Below the pieces are notes generated by a model. It worked only from the letters and a program-made list of their open reading frames with translations. It was not told where the DNA came from and did no database searches. This document shows positions 20,901 to 29,037 of a DNA stretch of 64,000 nt, piece after piece (within the stretch, counting starts at the first letter, position 1; the number at the start of each line of letters is the position of its first letter). The position numbers were made by a program, and so were the translations under genes. The stretch comes from Candidatus Poribacteria bacterium (GTDB lineage: Bacteria > Poribacteria > WGA-4E > PCPOR2b): assembly GCA_965208675.1 (NCBI GenBank), contig OZ242351.1:256001-320000 (forward strand). The letters run 5' to 3'.

Positions 20901-21193
20901 CAGTGGAAGCCATAAATCAGTTACATGAAATCGACGCATTGACAAACGAACAAAAAACACAACTGCTTGAGGCTTACGGATTTCTGAGGCGCGTGGAAAA
21001 CAGCCTTAGGATTGTCCATGATCGACCGCTGGATGCGCTGCCCGATAAAGCTGCGGAGTTGGAGAAACTCGCTAGACGGCTCGGTTACATCGATCAGAAC
21101 GGGGAAGTGTCAAACCGGTTTTTAAAAGACTATCACGAATGTACAGAGCGCACACGCAAACTGTTTCATGAACTGCTAGGATTTCAAAATTGA
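17987..21193 (+). CDS. glnE: Bifunctional glutamine synthetase adenylyltransferase/deadenylase
   Basis: Two NTase domains (GMGKFGG.ELNFSSD.D twice), D.RLRP, WERQAL.ARP, KLGIGCIRDMEF and KAGYGGLVDIEF. Confidence 0.95.
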   Translation: MSSILTPKDLILVPDLTTDDVEDVLKNYGLQDLPRASRNLQSLTGEPPVREACAEIMETLLECVADSAHPDSALHNFARFVDAASDPLRLYQILRDAPFLISILAKSFGSSTYFSDILIRNPEYINGFVVNGIIAPPKPREIMDGELCQSLRSVDSVEQKLDALRRYKRKESLRIGVRDLIGAADLETTTLELSNLAETALQKCCEIGEHELTSRFGTPQAELHNGETIGSTFAVIGMGKFGGRELNFSSDIDVMFVYSRDGTTNQGVENRQYFNKLSEFIINGLSEITGEGYVFRVDARLRPESSAGSIARSIDSYEAYYEGWGEIWERQALIKARPVAGDLQLGRQFIGTIQPFVYQRYLDEFSIAEIKMDIRQTKSRIEDRIREKGSFVNNHVKLGIGCIRDMEFTIQCLQLIYGGPIPALRNCNSLETIDLLHQHKFLSPRNRDVFADAYRFLRMVEHRLQMEADQQRYSLPSKTSELVKLARSTGYRDTKSVLALEAFHADYRQHTHAVRLIFEKILEIPVPDGGIDLASLFTTTDAGMVREILNPYGFADPHEARRRLKTMAEGSDGVRFSPTVRRLFVQLAPVLLHFIAESPDPDMAIRYIDVFTSKVGARASYYTLFRDNPSIIEMLTKICGTSRFLAELLIEHPESFDVLTVSAVMARPKTLAEKQQETLEMIANTTPDRIFDRLRQYKNSEILRIGMRSILAQAELESKDWDATPSIKADLWTTTAELSDLAEATLKAMYAHVKDMFIAEHGRPMVDDGSEATLTIIGMGKFGGGELNFSSDLDVMLVYSADGKTTKGETNADYFSDFGLALVNRLKGSTGGGSIYELDLRLRPFGNGGAIAMPLSGYQNYYDKNAETWERQALTRARPVAGDMELGNRFIAQAHAFAYRHPLTPDEITQIAHTRKRKEAQATRPAATRRRRRSRTKDVKAGYGGLVDIEFAVQIIQLINGTDSPQVRVQHTVEAINQLHEIDALTNEQKTQLLEAYGFLRRVENSLRIVHDRPLDALPDKAAELEKLARRLGYIDQNGEVSNRFLKDYHECTERTRKLFHELLGFQN

Positions 21194-21451
21194 AGGATTT
21201 TCAAACCAAATCGAAATACCGTGTGCGCCGGAGAAAATTGAGATCCTGAATCGTGGTTTAGTGCCCTGCGCATGGCGGAATGGCTTGCTTAAATCCTGTG
21301 AATTACTTATAATTTTAATCGCATTTTACCGGCATATGCCGCCAATCTCATCTGTAAAACCCGTACGGATAACCCCGGATATAATCGGAAAACCAACCCG
21401 CATTTTGTGCTTGTACCTGAGTTTGCATCGGTCTCTGTTGGGAGATAGGAC

Positions 21452-22504
21452 ATGTCTGAAAAATATAGCGTCGGAATAATTGGCTGCGGTAGTATTGCCA
21501 ATTTGCACGCCGACAGTTTCCGGAACGTGGACGAGATTGATGTCGTCGCAATCTCTGACCCGGTGGACGAAGCGCGCATTGAATTTGGCGAACGCCACAA
21601 TATTGCGAACCGGTATCATGACGCCCGAGAAATGCTCGACAAAGAAAATTTGGGTGTTGTTATCATAACGACTTGGCCCAAGCTGCACGCACCCATGACG
21701 GCAGCCGCATGTGCGCGGAAACCGTACGCCGTAATTTGCGAGAAACCCATGGCAGCCACGCTCGGCGAATGCGATGAAATGTTGACCGTCGCTTCACGCT
21801 ACAATGTAAAATTGGCGGTTGGCCACCAGCGGCGGTTCATTTCAACCTGGACTACGGCTCGCGGGCTAATCGCCAGCGGAACAATTGGTGAACCGCGGCA
21901 GATTGTCTGCAGAGGTGGGCAGGGGTTGCTGAACGACTGTTCACACCTGATTGATATGATGCGGTACGTACTTGGCGATCCCAACGCGTCGTGGGTTATC
22001 GGAAACGTCGAACGTAAAACCGAACGGTATGAGCGCGATATTCCGATTGAAGATCGAAGTGCAGGGATAATTGGATTTGACAATGGCTGCGTCGGTTTAT
22101 TGCTTCAGGAGATCGCTGGTCCCAACGAGTACGGCGGCTTAATCTACGGGTCAGAGGGAATGATTGATCTGACCGAGTCACGGGTGCGCGTGCTCAACAG
22201 CCGGTCCGCGGAGTGGGAGGAGCGTCAGGCGGATGACGGAAATCCATGGGAGGCGCAAATTCGGGAGTTAATCTCATGGATTGAAGAGGGCACGGAGCAT
22301 CGCGGCAATGCAAAACACGGACGTGCAGCCATTGAAATCATCATGGCGATTTACGAATCTGCGCGGATGCACGAGGTAGTGCAGATGCCCGTCCGAACGC
22401 TCTGTTCACCGCTAGAATTGATGATTGAAAGCGGTGAACTACCAGTTGAACGCCCCGGGCGGTACGATATACGCGCATTTCTGCTTCGTGGCGAGGCGCG
22501 GTAA
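21452..22504 (+). CDS. Gfo/Idh/MocA family oxidoreductase
   Basis: GIIGCGSIA, CEKPMA, VGHQRRF, DCSHLID. Confidence 0.9.
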   Translation: MSEKYSVGIIGCGSIANLHADSFRNVDEIDVVAISDPVDEARIEFGERHNIANRYHDAREMLDKENLGVVIITTWPKLHAPMTAAACARKPYAVICEKPMAATLGECDEMLTVASRYNVKLAVGHQRRFISTWTTARGLIASGTIGEPRQIVCRGGQGLLNDCSHLIDMMRYVLGDPNASWVIGNVERKTERYERDIPIEDRSAGIIGFDNGCVGLLLQEIAGPNEYGGLIYGSEGMIDLTESRVRVLNSRSAEWEERQADDGNPWEAQIRELISWIEEGTEHRGNAKHGRAAIEIIMAIYESARMHEVVQMPVRTLCSPLELMIESGELPVERPGRYDIRAFLLRGEAR

Positions 22505-22597
22505 TCTTCGTAAGGCAACGGCACGGGCTATCGGTGTTTTCGACTTCCGAGATAGAAGGTGTGGGCATAAAGGCCAAATGTCAAAAAAAGGCGTTGA

Positions 22598-23416
22598 ATG
22601 ACCATTATTGATGCGATTTTGCTTGGCGTACTGCAAGGGTTGACCGAATTTTTGCCCGTAAGCAGTTCTGGGCATTTGGTGTTGATGCAGCATTTTCTCG
22701 GTATGGAGGAGCCGCAAGTCTTATTTGACGTGATGCTTCACGTGGGTACGCTCGGTGCCGTCGTGGTTGTGTATCGCAAATCGATTTGGTCGCTGGCACG
22801 TACTGGTATTTCTACTTCTGTAGACCGTAATTTCTACCGGCACCCAATTGGCGCAGTCAAAAGCAACATGAACCTCAAACTAGTCTGGCTTATACTGGTC
22901 GGCTCAATACCAACTGGACTGATCGCCATTGCATTTAAAGATCAGTTCGAAGCGTTGTTTACAAAACCTGGGACTGTAGCCGCCATGCTTATCGTTACCG
23001 GTATGATGCTGCAACTTCCGCGTGTGCGTAGAGACAAGGTGATCGCCAATCTTCCGCTGCGGACCTGGCATACGCCGCTCATTGGCATTGCTCAAGGATT
23101 CGCCGTTGCGCCGGGTATTTCCAGATCGGGATCAACAATTTCCGTTTCTTTGATGCTAGGAATCTCTCCTCAGATTGCAGCGCAGTATTCTTTTCTTCTT
23201 GCCATCCCCGCGATACTAGGCGCACTTGTTCTCAAGCTTAAGGACGTAGCTGAAGTCACGCCCGCCGCCGCTGTTGTCGGTACACTGACTGCGTTTGTTG
23301 CGGGTTACATCGCTTTGCGCATCTTTCTAGCCATGCTAAATCGGGGAAAGTTTTACGTGTTTTCCTACTACTGCTTTGCGCTAGGCGGCGCAGTTCTCAT
23401 TAAGATGGCGTGGTAA
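22598..23416 (+). CDS. uppP: Undecaprenyl-diphosphatase
   Basis: QGLTEFLPVSSSGHL, PGISRSGSTI, YSFLLAIPAI. Confidence 0.95.
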   Translation: MTIIDAILLGVLQGLTEFLPVSSSGHLVLMQHFLGMEEPQVLFDVMLHVGTLGAVVVVYRKSIWSLARTGISTSVDRNFYRHPIGAVKSNMNLKLVWLILVGSIPTGLIAIAFKDQFEALFTKPGTVAAMLIVTGMMLQLPRVRRDKVIANLPLRTWHTPLIGIAQGFAVAPGISRSGSTISVSLMLGISPQIAAQYSFLLAIPAILGALVLKLKDVAEVTPAAAVVGTLTAFVAGYIALRIFLAMLNRGKFYVFSYYCFALGGAVLIKMAW

Positions 23417-23465
23417 GTTGTAGTCCGCTGGCGTATTGTGGCGGTGCCTCGAATTTCCGCCGCAT

Positions 23466-24554
23466 TTACACATTAAACCGAATTGTTAACACCTCTCCAT
23501 CTTGGACGACGTAATCTCTCCCTTCGAGCCGCAGTAAGCCAAGTTCCTTGGCTTTCGCCAGATTCACGCAGTCCACGAGTTTTTTCCAGTGGATTGTCTC
23601 CGCGCGGATGAATCCGCGCGCCATATCGGTGTGGATAGTGGCGGCGGCATCTACTGCCGTAAGTCCCTGCATTAACGTCCAAGCCCGCAATTCCCTGGAG
23701 ACGACAGTGAAAAACGTAATCAGTCCTAACAAGCGGTATGATGCCTGAATTACTCGATTCAATGCGGATTCTTCTAATCCCATTTCAGCCAGAAAAATCC
23801 GTGCATCTTCCGCCTCCAATTGAGCGATTTCCATCTCGAGTTTTGCGGAAATCGTGGTTACTTCAGTCTGGCATTTTTCTTCATATTCCGCAAACCTGCC
23901 GCGTATCTGTTCTGCCTCATCCAATTGGTTTTCCCCGATATTCAAAATTACCAATATCGGCTTCTGTGTCAAGAATCCGAATCCACGAATCGTCTGTTTT
24001 TTTTCAGGCGTGATGTCAATCTCTCTTAATGGGATGCCGCTCTCCAGCGCCGCCTTGCACTGTTCCAATACGCCGTGCTCATTTTCAAGGACTGGAGACT
24101 TTTTGGCGCGCAGTTCGCGGTTTAACCGCTCCAATCTTTTGTCGATGATGTGTAAATCAGCAAGGGTTAGCTCTAATTCTAAAGTTTCAATATCTCGCTT
24201 CGGATCAACGTTACCGTCGGCGTGTGGTACGGAATCGTCTTCAAATACGCGCACAACATGCGCGAGTGCATCGGCTTGACGAAGATCGGCAATGACCTCC
24301 GTTCCCAGTCCACTCCGCTCAATTTCACCCTTGGAAAGCCCGGCAACGTCGACATAATCAATTCGCACTGGCGTTATCTGCTTCGGGTTAAAAAGTTCAG
24401 CCAGCGAATTCATGCGCTCGTCGGGCACGGTAACCGCGCTGATGTTTGATTGCTTTTTCCCAGTATAGGTCCCTGTCTCCGCCCCGGATTGTGTCAGTGC
24501 ATTGAAAATAGATGTCTTTCCAACATAGGGTAGACCTACGATGCCAATTTTCAT
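23466..24554 (-). CDS. ychF: YchF/OLA1 family ATPase
   Basis: GIVGLPYVGKT, VPDER, DVAGL, IHTDMARGFIRAE, RLEGRDYVVQDGE, terminal RFNV; start at MKIGIVG. Confidence 0.92.
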   Translation of the reverse strand: MKIGIVGLPYVGKTSIFNALTQSGAETGTYTGKKQSNISAVTVPDERMNSLAELFNPKQITPVRIDYVDVAGLSKGEIERSGLGTEVIADLRQADALAHVVRVFEDDSVPHADGNVDPKRDIETLELELTLADLHIIDKRLERLNRELRAKKSPVLENEHGVLEQCKAALESGIPLREIDITPEKKQTIRGFGFLTQKPILVILNIGENQLDEAEQIRGRFAEYEEKCQTEVTTISAKLEMEIAQLEAEDARIFLAEMGLEESALNRVIQASYRLLGLITFFTVVSRELRAWTLMQGLTAVDAAATIHTDMARGFIRAETIHWKKLVDCVNLAKAKELGLLRLEGRDYVVQDGEVLTIRFNV

Positions 24555-24794
24555 AGACTTCTCCAGCCGAAAATGTGACTCTAGCATAACACCTTGAAAT
24601 AGACTGCGTCAACGGGATTTGTCCGAATAGCACGTTCGATAATGATCGGTGTGAAGGTTGTTCCTGCCGTTGCACAAAGCGGAATATTGAGCATCCGAAT
24701 GCGTTGGAACGCGCCGTTTAACGGTCGGCATCCTTCGGTAACAAATTATCGGGTTTCAGGCCGTACAGATTGTGCCAACGCGCCGAAAAAGTCC

Positions 24795-24824
24795 TTGACA
24801 TCCGTTTATTGCCTTTGGTATCAT
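24795..24824 (+). promoter_or_regulatory. sigma70-like promoter of the tRNA pair
   Basis: TTGACA-N18-TATCAT with extended TG, 17 nt before tRNA-Phe. Confidence 0.65.
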
Positions 24825-24841
24825 TCTAGCCTAGTTAATCC

Positions 24842-24914
24842 GCCGAGGTAGCTCAGTTGGTAGAGCAGTGGACTGAAAATCCATGTGTCGGCAGTTCGAT
24901 TCTGCCCTTCGGCA
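24842..24914 (+). tRNA. tRNA-Phe(GAA), no encoded CCA
   Basis: Cloverleaf: acceptor GCCGAGG/CTTCGGC, D arm GCTC/GAGC, anticodon arm GTGGA-CTGAAAA-TCCAT, T arm GGCAG-TTCGATT-CTGCC. Confidence 0.97.
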
Positions 24915-24927
24915 CTTAAAATTTCTA

Positions 24928-24953
24928 CAGCCCCATCATGCGTGATGGGGCTG
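24928..24953. other. Perfect hairpin in the tRNA spacer
   Basis: CAGCCCCATCA-TGCG-TGATGGGGCTG, 11-bp stem, no U tract. Confidence 0.75.
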
Positions 24954-24966
24954 CATTCTATCGTGA

Positions 24967-25039
24967 GCCGGTGTAGCTCAGTGGTCAGAGCAACTGATTC
25001 GTAATCAGTAGGTCGGAGGTTCAAATCCCCTCACCGGCT
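24967..25039 (+). tRNA. tRNA-Thr(CGT), no encoded CCA
   Basis: Acceptor GCCGGTG/CACCGGC, anticodon arm ACTGA-TTCGTAA-TCAGT, T loop TTCAAAT; the T stem has one A-C mismatch. Confidence 0.93.
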
Positions 25040-25145
25040 TTCCCAATAACATCCTTCCAAAGCCGCGTTGCAATCCATTTTCTAATTTATCTCTTCAATC
25101 CAACCAAGGCATTCATTTATTCAAATATTTGCCATTCGGCTCCCC

Positions 25146-25172
25146 TAAACCTTTTACAACTTGACACGTCTA
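25146..25172 (+). promoter_or_regulatory. Candidate autoregulatory ECF-sigma promoter
   Basis: TAAAC-CTTTT..(N16)-CGTCTA directly upstream of the ECF gene, matching the AAAC-N16-CGTC pattern of SigW/SigM-type promoters. Confidence 0.6.
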
Positions 25173-25189
25173 CAACGGAAAGATTGTTC

Positions 25190-25762
25190 ATGAAAGCCGA
25201 CCCGGATCGATTTCTCATTCAGTGCGCACAGAATGGGGACATTGATGCCTTTGGTGAGCTCGTTCAGAAGTATCAGAAACGAATTTACGAGCTAGCCTAT
25301 CGCTTTACACACCATCCAGAAGATGCCGCCGATCTTTGCCAAGAGATTTTTCTAAAAGCCTTCAATGCTTTGGGGAAATTTGAGAACAAGTCGACGTTCT
25401 ACACGTGGATTTATCAGATTGCGAAGAATCGATGTATTGATTACTCGCGGCGGCGATCAGGACGCTACGATGTTTCATTTGTTGAAGAAATTTCACCGGA
25501 CGATTCGCTATTCCAATCTCATTACTCTGAAGATCAGGCGTCTCGCCGTTTGGAACAGGTTGAACTTGAAACTGAGATTAAGAAAGCCATTGAACAGTTA
25601 TCCCCCCGCCAGAAACAGGTCTTTGTCTTGAGGCATTATGAGGGATTAGCCTTGCGGGAGATTGCAGACACGCTTGACCTGCGTGTTGGAAGCGTCAAGG
25701 CGCATCTGTTTAACGCAACGCGGAAACTACGGATATTGCTTACACCTTATTTGGACGAATAA
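25190..25762 (+). CDS. ECF RNA polymerase sigma factor
   Basis: GDIDAFGELVQKYQ, DAADLCQEIFLKAF, FYTWIYQIAKN, region 4 LSPRQKQVFVLRHYEG..EIA..GSVKAHLFNA. Confidence 0.95.
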   Translation: MKADPDRFLIQCAQNGDIDAFGELVQKYQKRIYELAYRFTHHPEDAADLCQEIFLKAFNALGKFENKSTFYTWIYQIAKNRCIDYSRRRSGRYDVSFVEEISPDDSLFQSHYSEDQASRRLEQVELETEIKKAIEQLSPRQKQVFVLRHYEGLALREIADTLDLRVGSVKAHLFNATRKLRILLTPYLDE

Positions 25763-25768
25763 TCTACC

Positions 25769-26434
25769 ATGAAATGTAAGCCGGCAGAAAAATTGATGCT
25801 CGACTATATTGAAGGAACGTTGCTACCAAAGCGGAAAGACCGGTTGGAGATTCATCTGGGTACATGCCCTCATTGTCAAAAAGTTTTGGTTGGCTATGAG
25901 AAAACTCTTCAACTTGCCGCTAGTTTGCCGGTTAAATATCCTTCGCCGGACGCCTGGGGAGACTTTTGGCAAAAACTGAAAAGCAAAATCTCGCAGGACT
26001 TGCCTGATGACGAACCCGTGTGGCTCATTGCGCACAAATGGAAAATCGCCGGCGTAGGTTTTATTTTGGTCGCTCTCCTAGGCTTGGCGGGATTATGGAG
26101 CTACGGCGTATTCAATAATTCGGCGGTAGATCCAAGCGCTGCTTTAGATAAACACATCTTCCAGAATTTCATGGGGGGAATTTCTACAGTGCATTTGCAA
26201 GAGGTACTAAGTCAAGAACTGCAACGCCTGGACGGGGCGAGCTTGACCTGGAGCGGTGAGAATTTGCTCATGGAGGAAGCCGGGTCGCCGCAACCAACGG
26301 GTACAAACAGTCTAGTAGGTCAACTGTTTGAGGTAATTGACACCGAAATCGCTCTGGAACATTTCGAGGATGACGAGTTGACGATACTCGTCGCGTCAAT
26401 AGAGAATAAACTGACTCTCGCTTCATCACGCTAA
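25769..26434 (+). CDS. zf-HC2 (ZAS) membrane anti-sigma factor
   Basis: N-terminal C..HLGTCPHC (HxxxCxxC), one TM helix, adjacent to the ECF sigma. Confidence 0.88.
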   Translation: MKCKPAEKLMLDYIEGTLLPKRKDRLEIHLGTCPHCQKVLVGYEKTLQLAASLPVKYPSPDAWGDFWQKLKSKISQDLPDDEPVWLIAHKWKIAGVGFILVALLGLAGLWSYGVFNNSAVDPSAALDKHIFQNFMGGISTVHLQEVLSQELQRLDGASLTWSGENLLMEEAGSPQPTGTNSLVGQLFEVIDTEIALEHFEDDELTILVASIENKLTLASSR

Positions 26435-26591
26435 AGCAATTTCGCACCGGTTGAATTGGTATTACGCACGGAAGTAGGAGTTTTACTCGAAATAAGCAGG
26501 GAACATCTGATGGCAAAACTGAGGTGATGGGTTACTCCATCACGTCCATGCAGTTGTCGTGCGTCCATGATTATTGAGAGGTTAAACCGGT

Positions 26592-27593
26592 ATGTGGCTA
26601 AGGATACCGAGGGGGTGTTCCTGTGTATTGGCGTTCGTTCTTTTCATTAAATTCACCACGTTTGAATTGAACGCCCTGGCCCAACAGACTAGGGCGAAGG
26701 AATTACTTCAAAACATTCTGAAAGCCCAACGCGCACGTTTGCAGAATGGAACAGTCATGCTCATTCTACAACGACATGCCAATATTGCAACGTTGCCGAA
26801 GTCCTTATACCTAGTCACAATTCTGGAGGATAAGACGCGGTGTGAGATGTATGTTGTACCTCCTAATGTCGCTCTGGCCTCCAAGGAAGAGATTGGTTTC
26901 ATTTTTCAGGGAACTTCCGGATTGCCTACACAACTAGTCTTGCACTATTCGGATGGTTATTATTTTAACAATGACGGCGAAATTTCCATTGGGTCTGGGA
27001 AGATTGTAAACTTCATTCCTTATTTTAGATTTTTGAACGCCGTAATAAGTTCGCTTGATTTCCACGGCGCGCAAATTCAAAAGCATAAAGTTCCTGCTCC
27101 CTATGTTGGCGTGAAAATCCGCCGATCGGATAGATACCAGCTATCGAAGAACACGGTTGAACCAGTCGAATACTCGAACGAGGTTTGGTTAGACCCTGAA
27201 CACGATGGCTTGGCAACCCGTCTATCTGGAACCCAACCAATGTTTCGATCAGATCCGCAGAACGGGGAAGATGAACCGGGTTCTATTGTTTATTTCACGT
27301 GGCAAGCAGAGGTTAAGGCATTCGCAAAAAGCCATGGCGTCTGGTATCCCCAAATCGTCATGACCAAAGAAATGAACCCTTATATTAGCCCTGACTTTCC
27401 TGACTTCAGTGAAGATCAAGAAAATCGCTGGGAGGTACTCGGTTTCTGCACAGGTGTAGACCTGCCAATTTCAATCTTTGGGAGTTCACCCAATAGGCAG
27501 ATGAATGCGGATAGTGCTTGGCCGCAGGTTGCCAAATGGATAGTATTGAATCTACCTCAACAACCGGTTGACGAGACTAAAGGGGAGAAATAG
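26592..27593 (+). CDS. Hypothetical exported protein, possibly LolA/RseB-like fold
   Basis: GAGG SD, N-terminal hydrophobic signal, beta-rich; WYP...GVDLPISIF loosely resembles the LolA-like ending. Confidence 0.55.
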   Translation: MWLRIPRGCSCVLAFVLFIKFTTFELNALAQQTRAKELLQNILKAQRARLQNGTVMLILQRHANIATLPKSLYLVTILEDKTRCEMYVVPPNVALASKEEIGFIFQGTSGLPTQLVLHYSDGYYFNNDGEISIGSGKIVNFIPYFRFLNAVISSLDFHGAQIQKHKVPAPYVGVKIRRSDRYQLSKNTVEPVEYSNEVWLDPEHDGLATRLSGTQPMFRSDPQNGEDEPGSIVYFTWQAEVKAFAKSHGVWYPQIVMTKEMNPYISPDFPDFSEDQENRWEVLGFCTGVDLPISIFGSSPNRQMNADSAWPQVAKWIVLNLPQQPVDETKGEK

Positions 27594-27594
27594 T

Positions 27595-28284
27595 ATGTCC
27601 GATAAGGTGAAGTTAATCAGCCTCCTATTGATAATCGTTGTTGGTACCGTTGGGATCATTTGGTATGTTTTCCGTCCCGGTGCGAATGAAACTGGGCAAA
27701 TCGTTGAATATGTTATATCAAGACCTACGCAAACGGACAGTGGTCTTGAATCTCAAATTGCCCCTGTCGATGCCGCAGGGGAGCGAGATGTTATGAACGC
27801 TGATGAACTTGAATCCTTGAATCGCCTGATAGAGATGCTTGAAGCAATGGATGAATCATCCAACACCGGGACAGAAAGCCAAGAGACAGCATTAGAGGAG
27901 AAGAAAATCGAGGAACGGGTAATAGAAGAATCTCCTAAAGACAGCCCATCAGTCGGTGAAGGTGATATGGAACTAGCGGAGCAACATTTTCGGACCGCTT
28001 GGCAAGAGAAGTTGGATTTAGGGAATGAACTGCTTCCCGTATATCGTAGACTCAAAGAAAATATGGATGAGATTTTAAGTCGACCAGTGGATTCGGTGGA
28101 TGAGGTAAACGAAGTAAGAGACGAAATTCACAAATTGGAAATTGAACTTGGGCAAGTGACAGTCTTTTTTGAGGACGAGGAAATCATAGCAATTATGAAC
28201 CAATTGTATGGTGGATTTCCCGAAGAAGTCCAAGGATTTCTAAACCGGGTTGAAGAACTCGATGCAGAGTTATACACTAGATGA
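27595..28284 (+). CDS. Hypothetical membrane-anchored acidic helical protein
   Basis: GGAG SD, ATG 1 nt after the previous stop, single N-terminal TM, strongly Glu-rich body. Confidence 0.65.
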   Translation: MSDKVKLISLLLIIVVGTVGIIWYVFRPGANETGQIVEYVISRPTQTDSGLESQIAPVDAAGERDVMNADELESLNRLIEMLEAMDESSNTGTESQETALEEKKIEERVIEESPKDSPSVGEGDMELAEQHFRTAWQEKLDLGNELLPVYRRLKENMDEILSRPVDSVDEVNEVRDEIHKLEIELGQVTVFFEDEEIIAIMNQLYGGFPEEVQGFLNRVEELDAELYTR

Positions 28285-28436
28285 ATTTTGATGTTGAAGA
28301 AATTCAGTTGGAGTGAGCTGACGAACTTGCCCTTTTTAAAGGCTGCACAGATATGAAAAACCAACCTTGAGCGGCGTCGGCACTTCGACAATTCACCGCT
28401 CAAATCTGAACGAATACCAATTTAAAAAGGAGGGAT

Positions 28437-28964
28437 GTGACTATGAATCGCCGGTATTTACTATTCTTTGCGCTGTTGCCGCTAGCGTTAGCGCTTGTGA
28501 TTGTGATTCCTAGAATTACGGCTGAGGCGCCGCCTGCTCAACCGGCGTCGCAAAACGCCACCGCCGAATTGGTCGAACTGCTTAAAATCTGGAAACTCAT
28601 TGATGCGGTGTCACCAGAATCTGAGCAATCTGTGCCGTTGTTAACGAAGTTCAACGAGTTAGAAGACCTAAAAGCACAGTATCGGCAAGAACACAGAAGC
28701 GCGATAAATCGCCTAAAGCATTTAAAAACGGCGAAACTTGATTCAGAGGATAAAATTGCTAAACTTCAGACTGCGCTAGATGAGTATCGTCAAGTCGAGG
28801 ACAACTTCATTGCGGGGAGAAAAAAGATTAAGGATGAAATTAGCAAAATTTTGACCGTCGAGCAACAGGCGAAATTCGAGGTTTTCAGTTACAGTTACCG
28901 CCAAGATCTAAAGCAAACGCTGCAATCCCTGATTGCTCTGCAAGACCAGCCGCGATCGAAGTAA
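28437..28964 (+). CDS. Spy/CpxP-like periplasmic helical protein
   Basis: AAGGAGG SD, signal peptide, helical body, C-terminal ILTVEQQAKF (LTxxQ). Confidence 0.7.
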   Translation: MTMNRRYLLFFALLPLALALVIVIPRITAEAPPAQPASQNATAELVELLKIWKLIDAVSPESEQSVPLLTKFNELEDLKAQYRQEHRSAINRLKHLKTAKLDSEDKIAKLQTALDEYRQVEDNFIAGRKKIKDEISKILTVEQQAKFEVFSYSYRQDLKQTLQSLIALQDQPRSK

Positions 28965-29037
28965 GTGCATCGAAATCTGGTGAGAATTTAACCCGTTAAA
29001 CTTGAAGTGGTGTCAATAAAGGCTGATCCGTCAATCG

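Noticed and set aside
24842-25200. tRNA-anchored genomic island
   Set aside because: No integrase follows and I found no duplicated tRNA 3' end in the window.
28355-28420. Integron attC site
   Set aside because: A hairpin is present but there are no properly placed RYYYAAC/GTTRRRY boxes, no array and no integrase.
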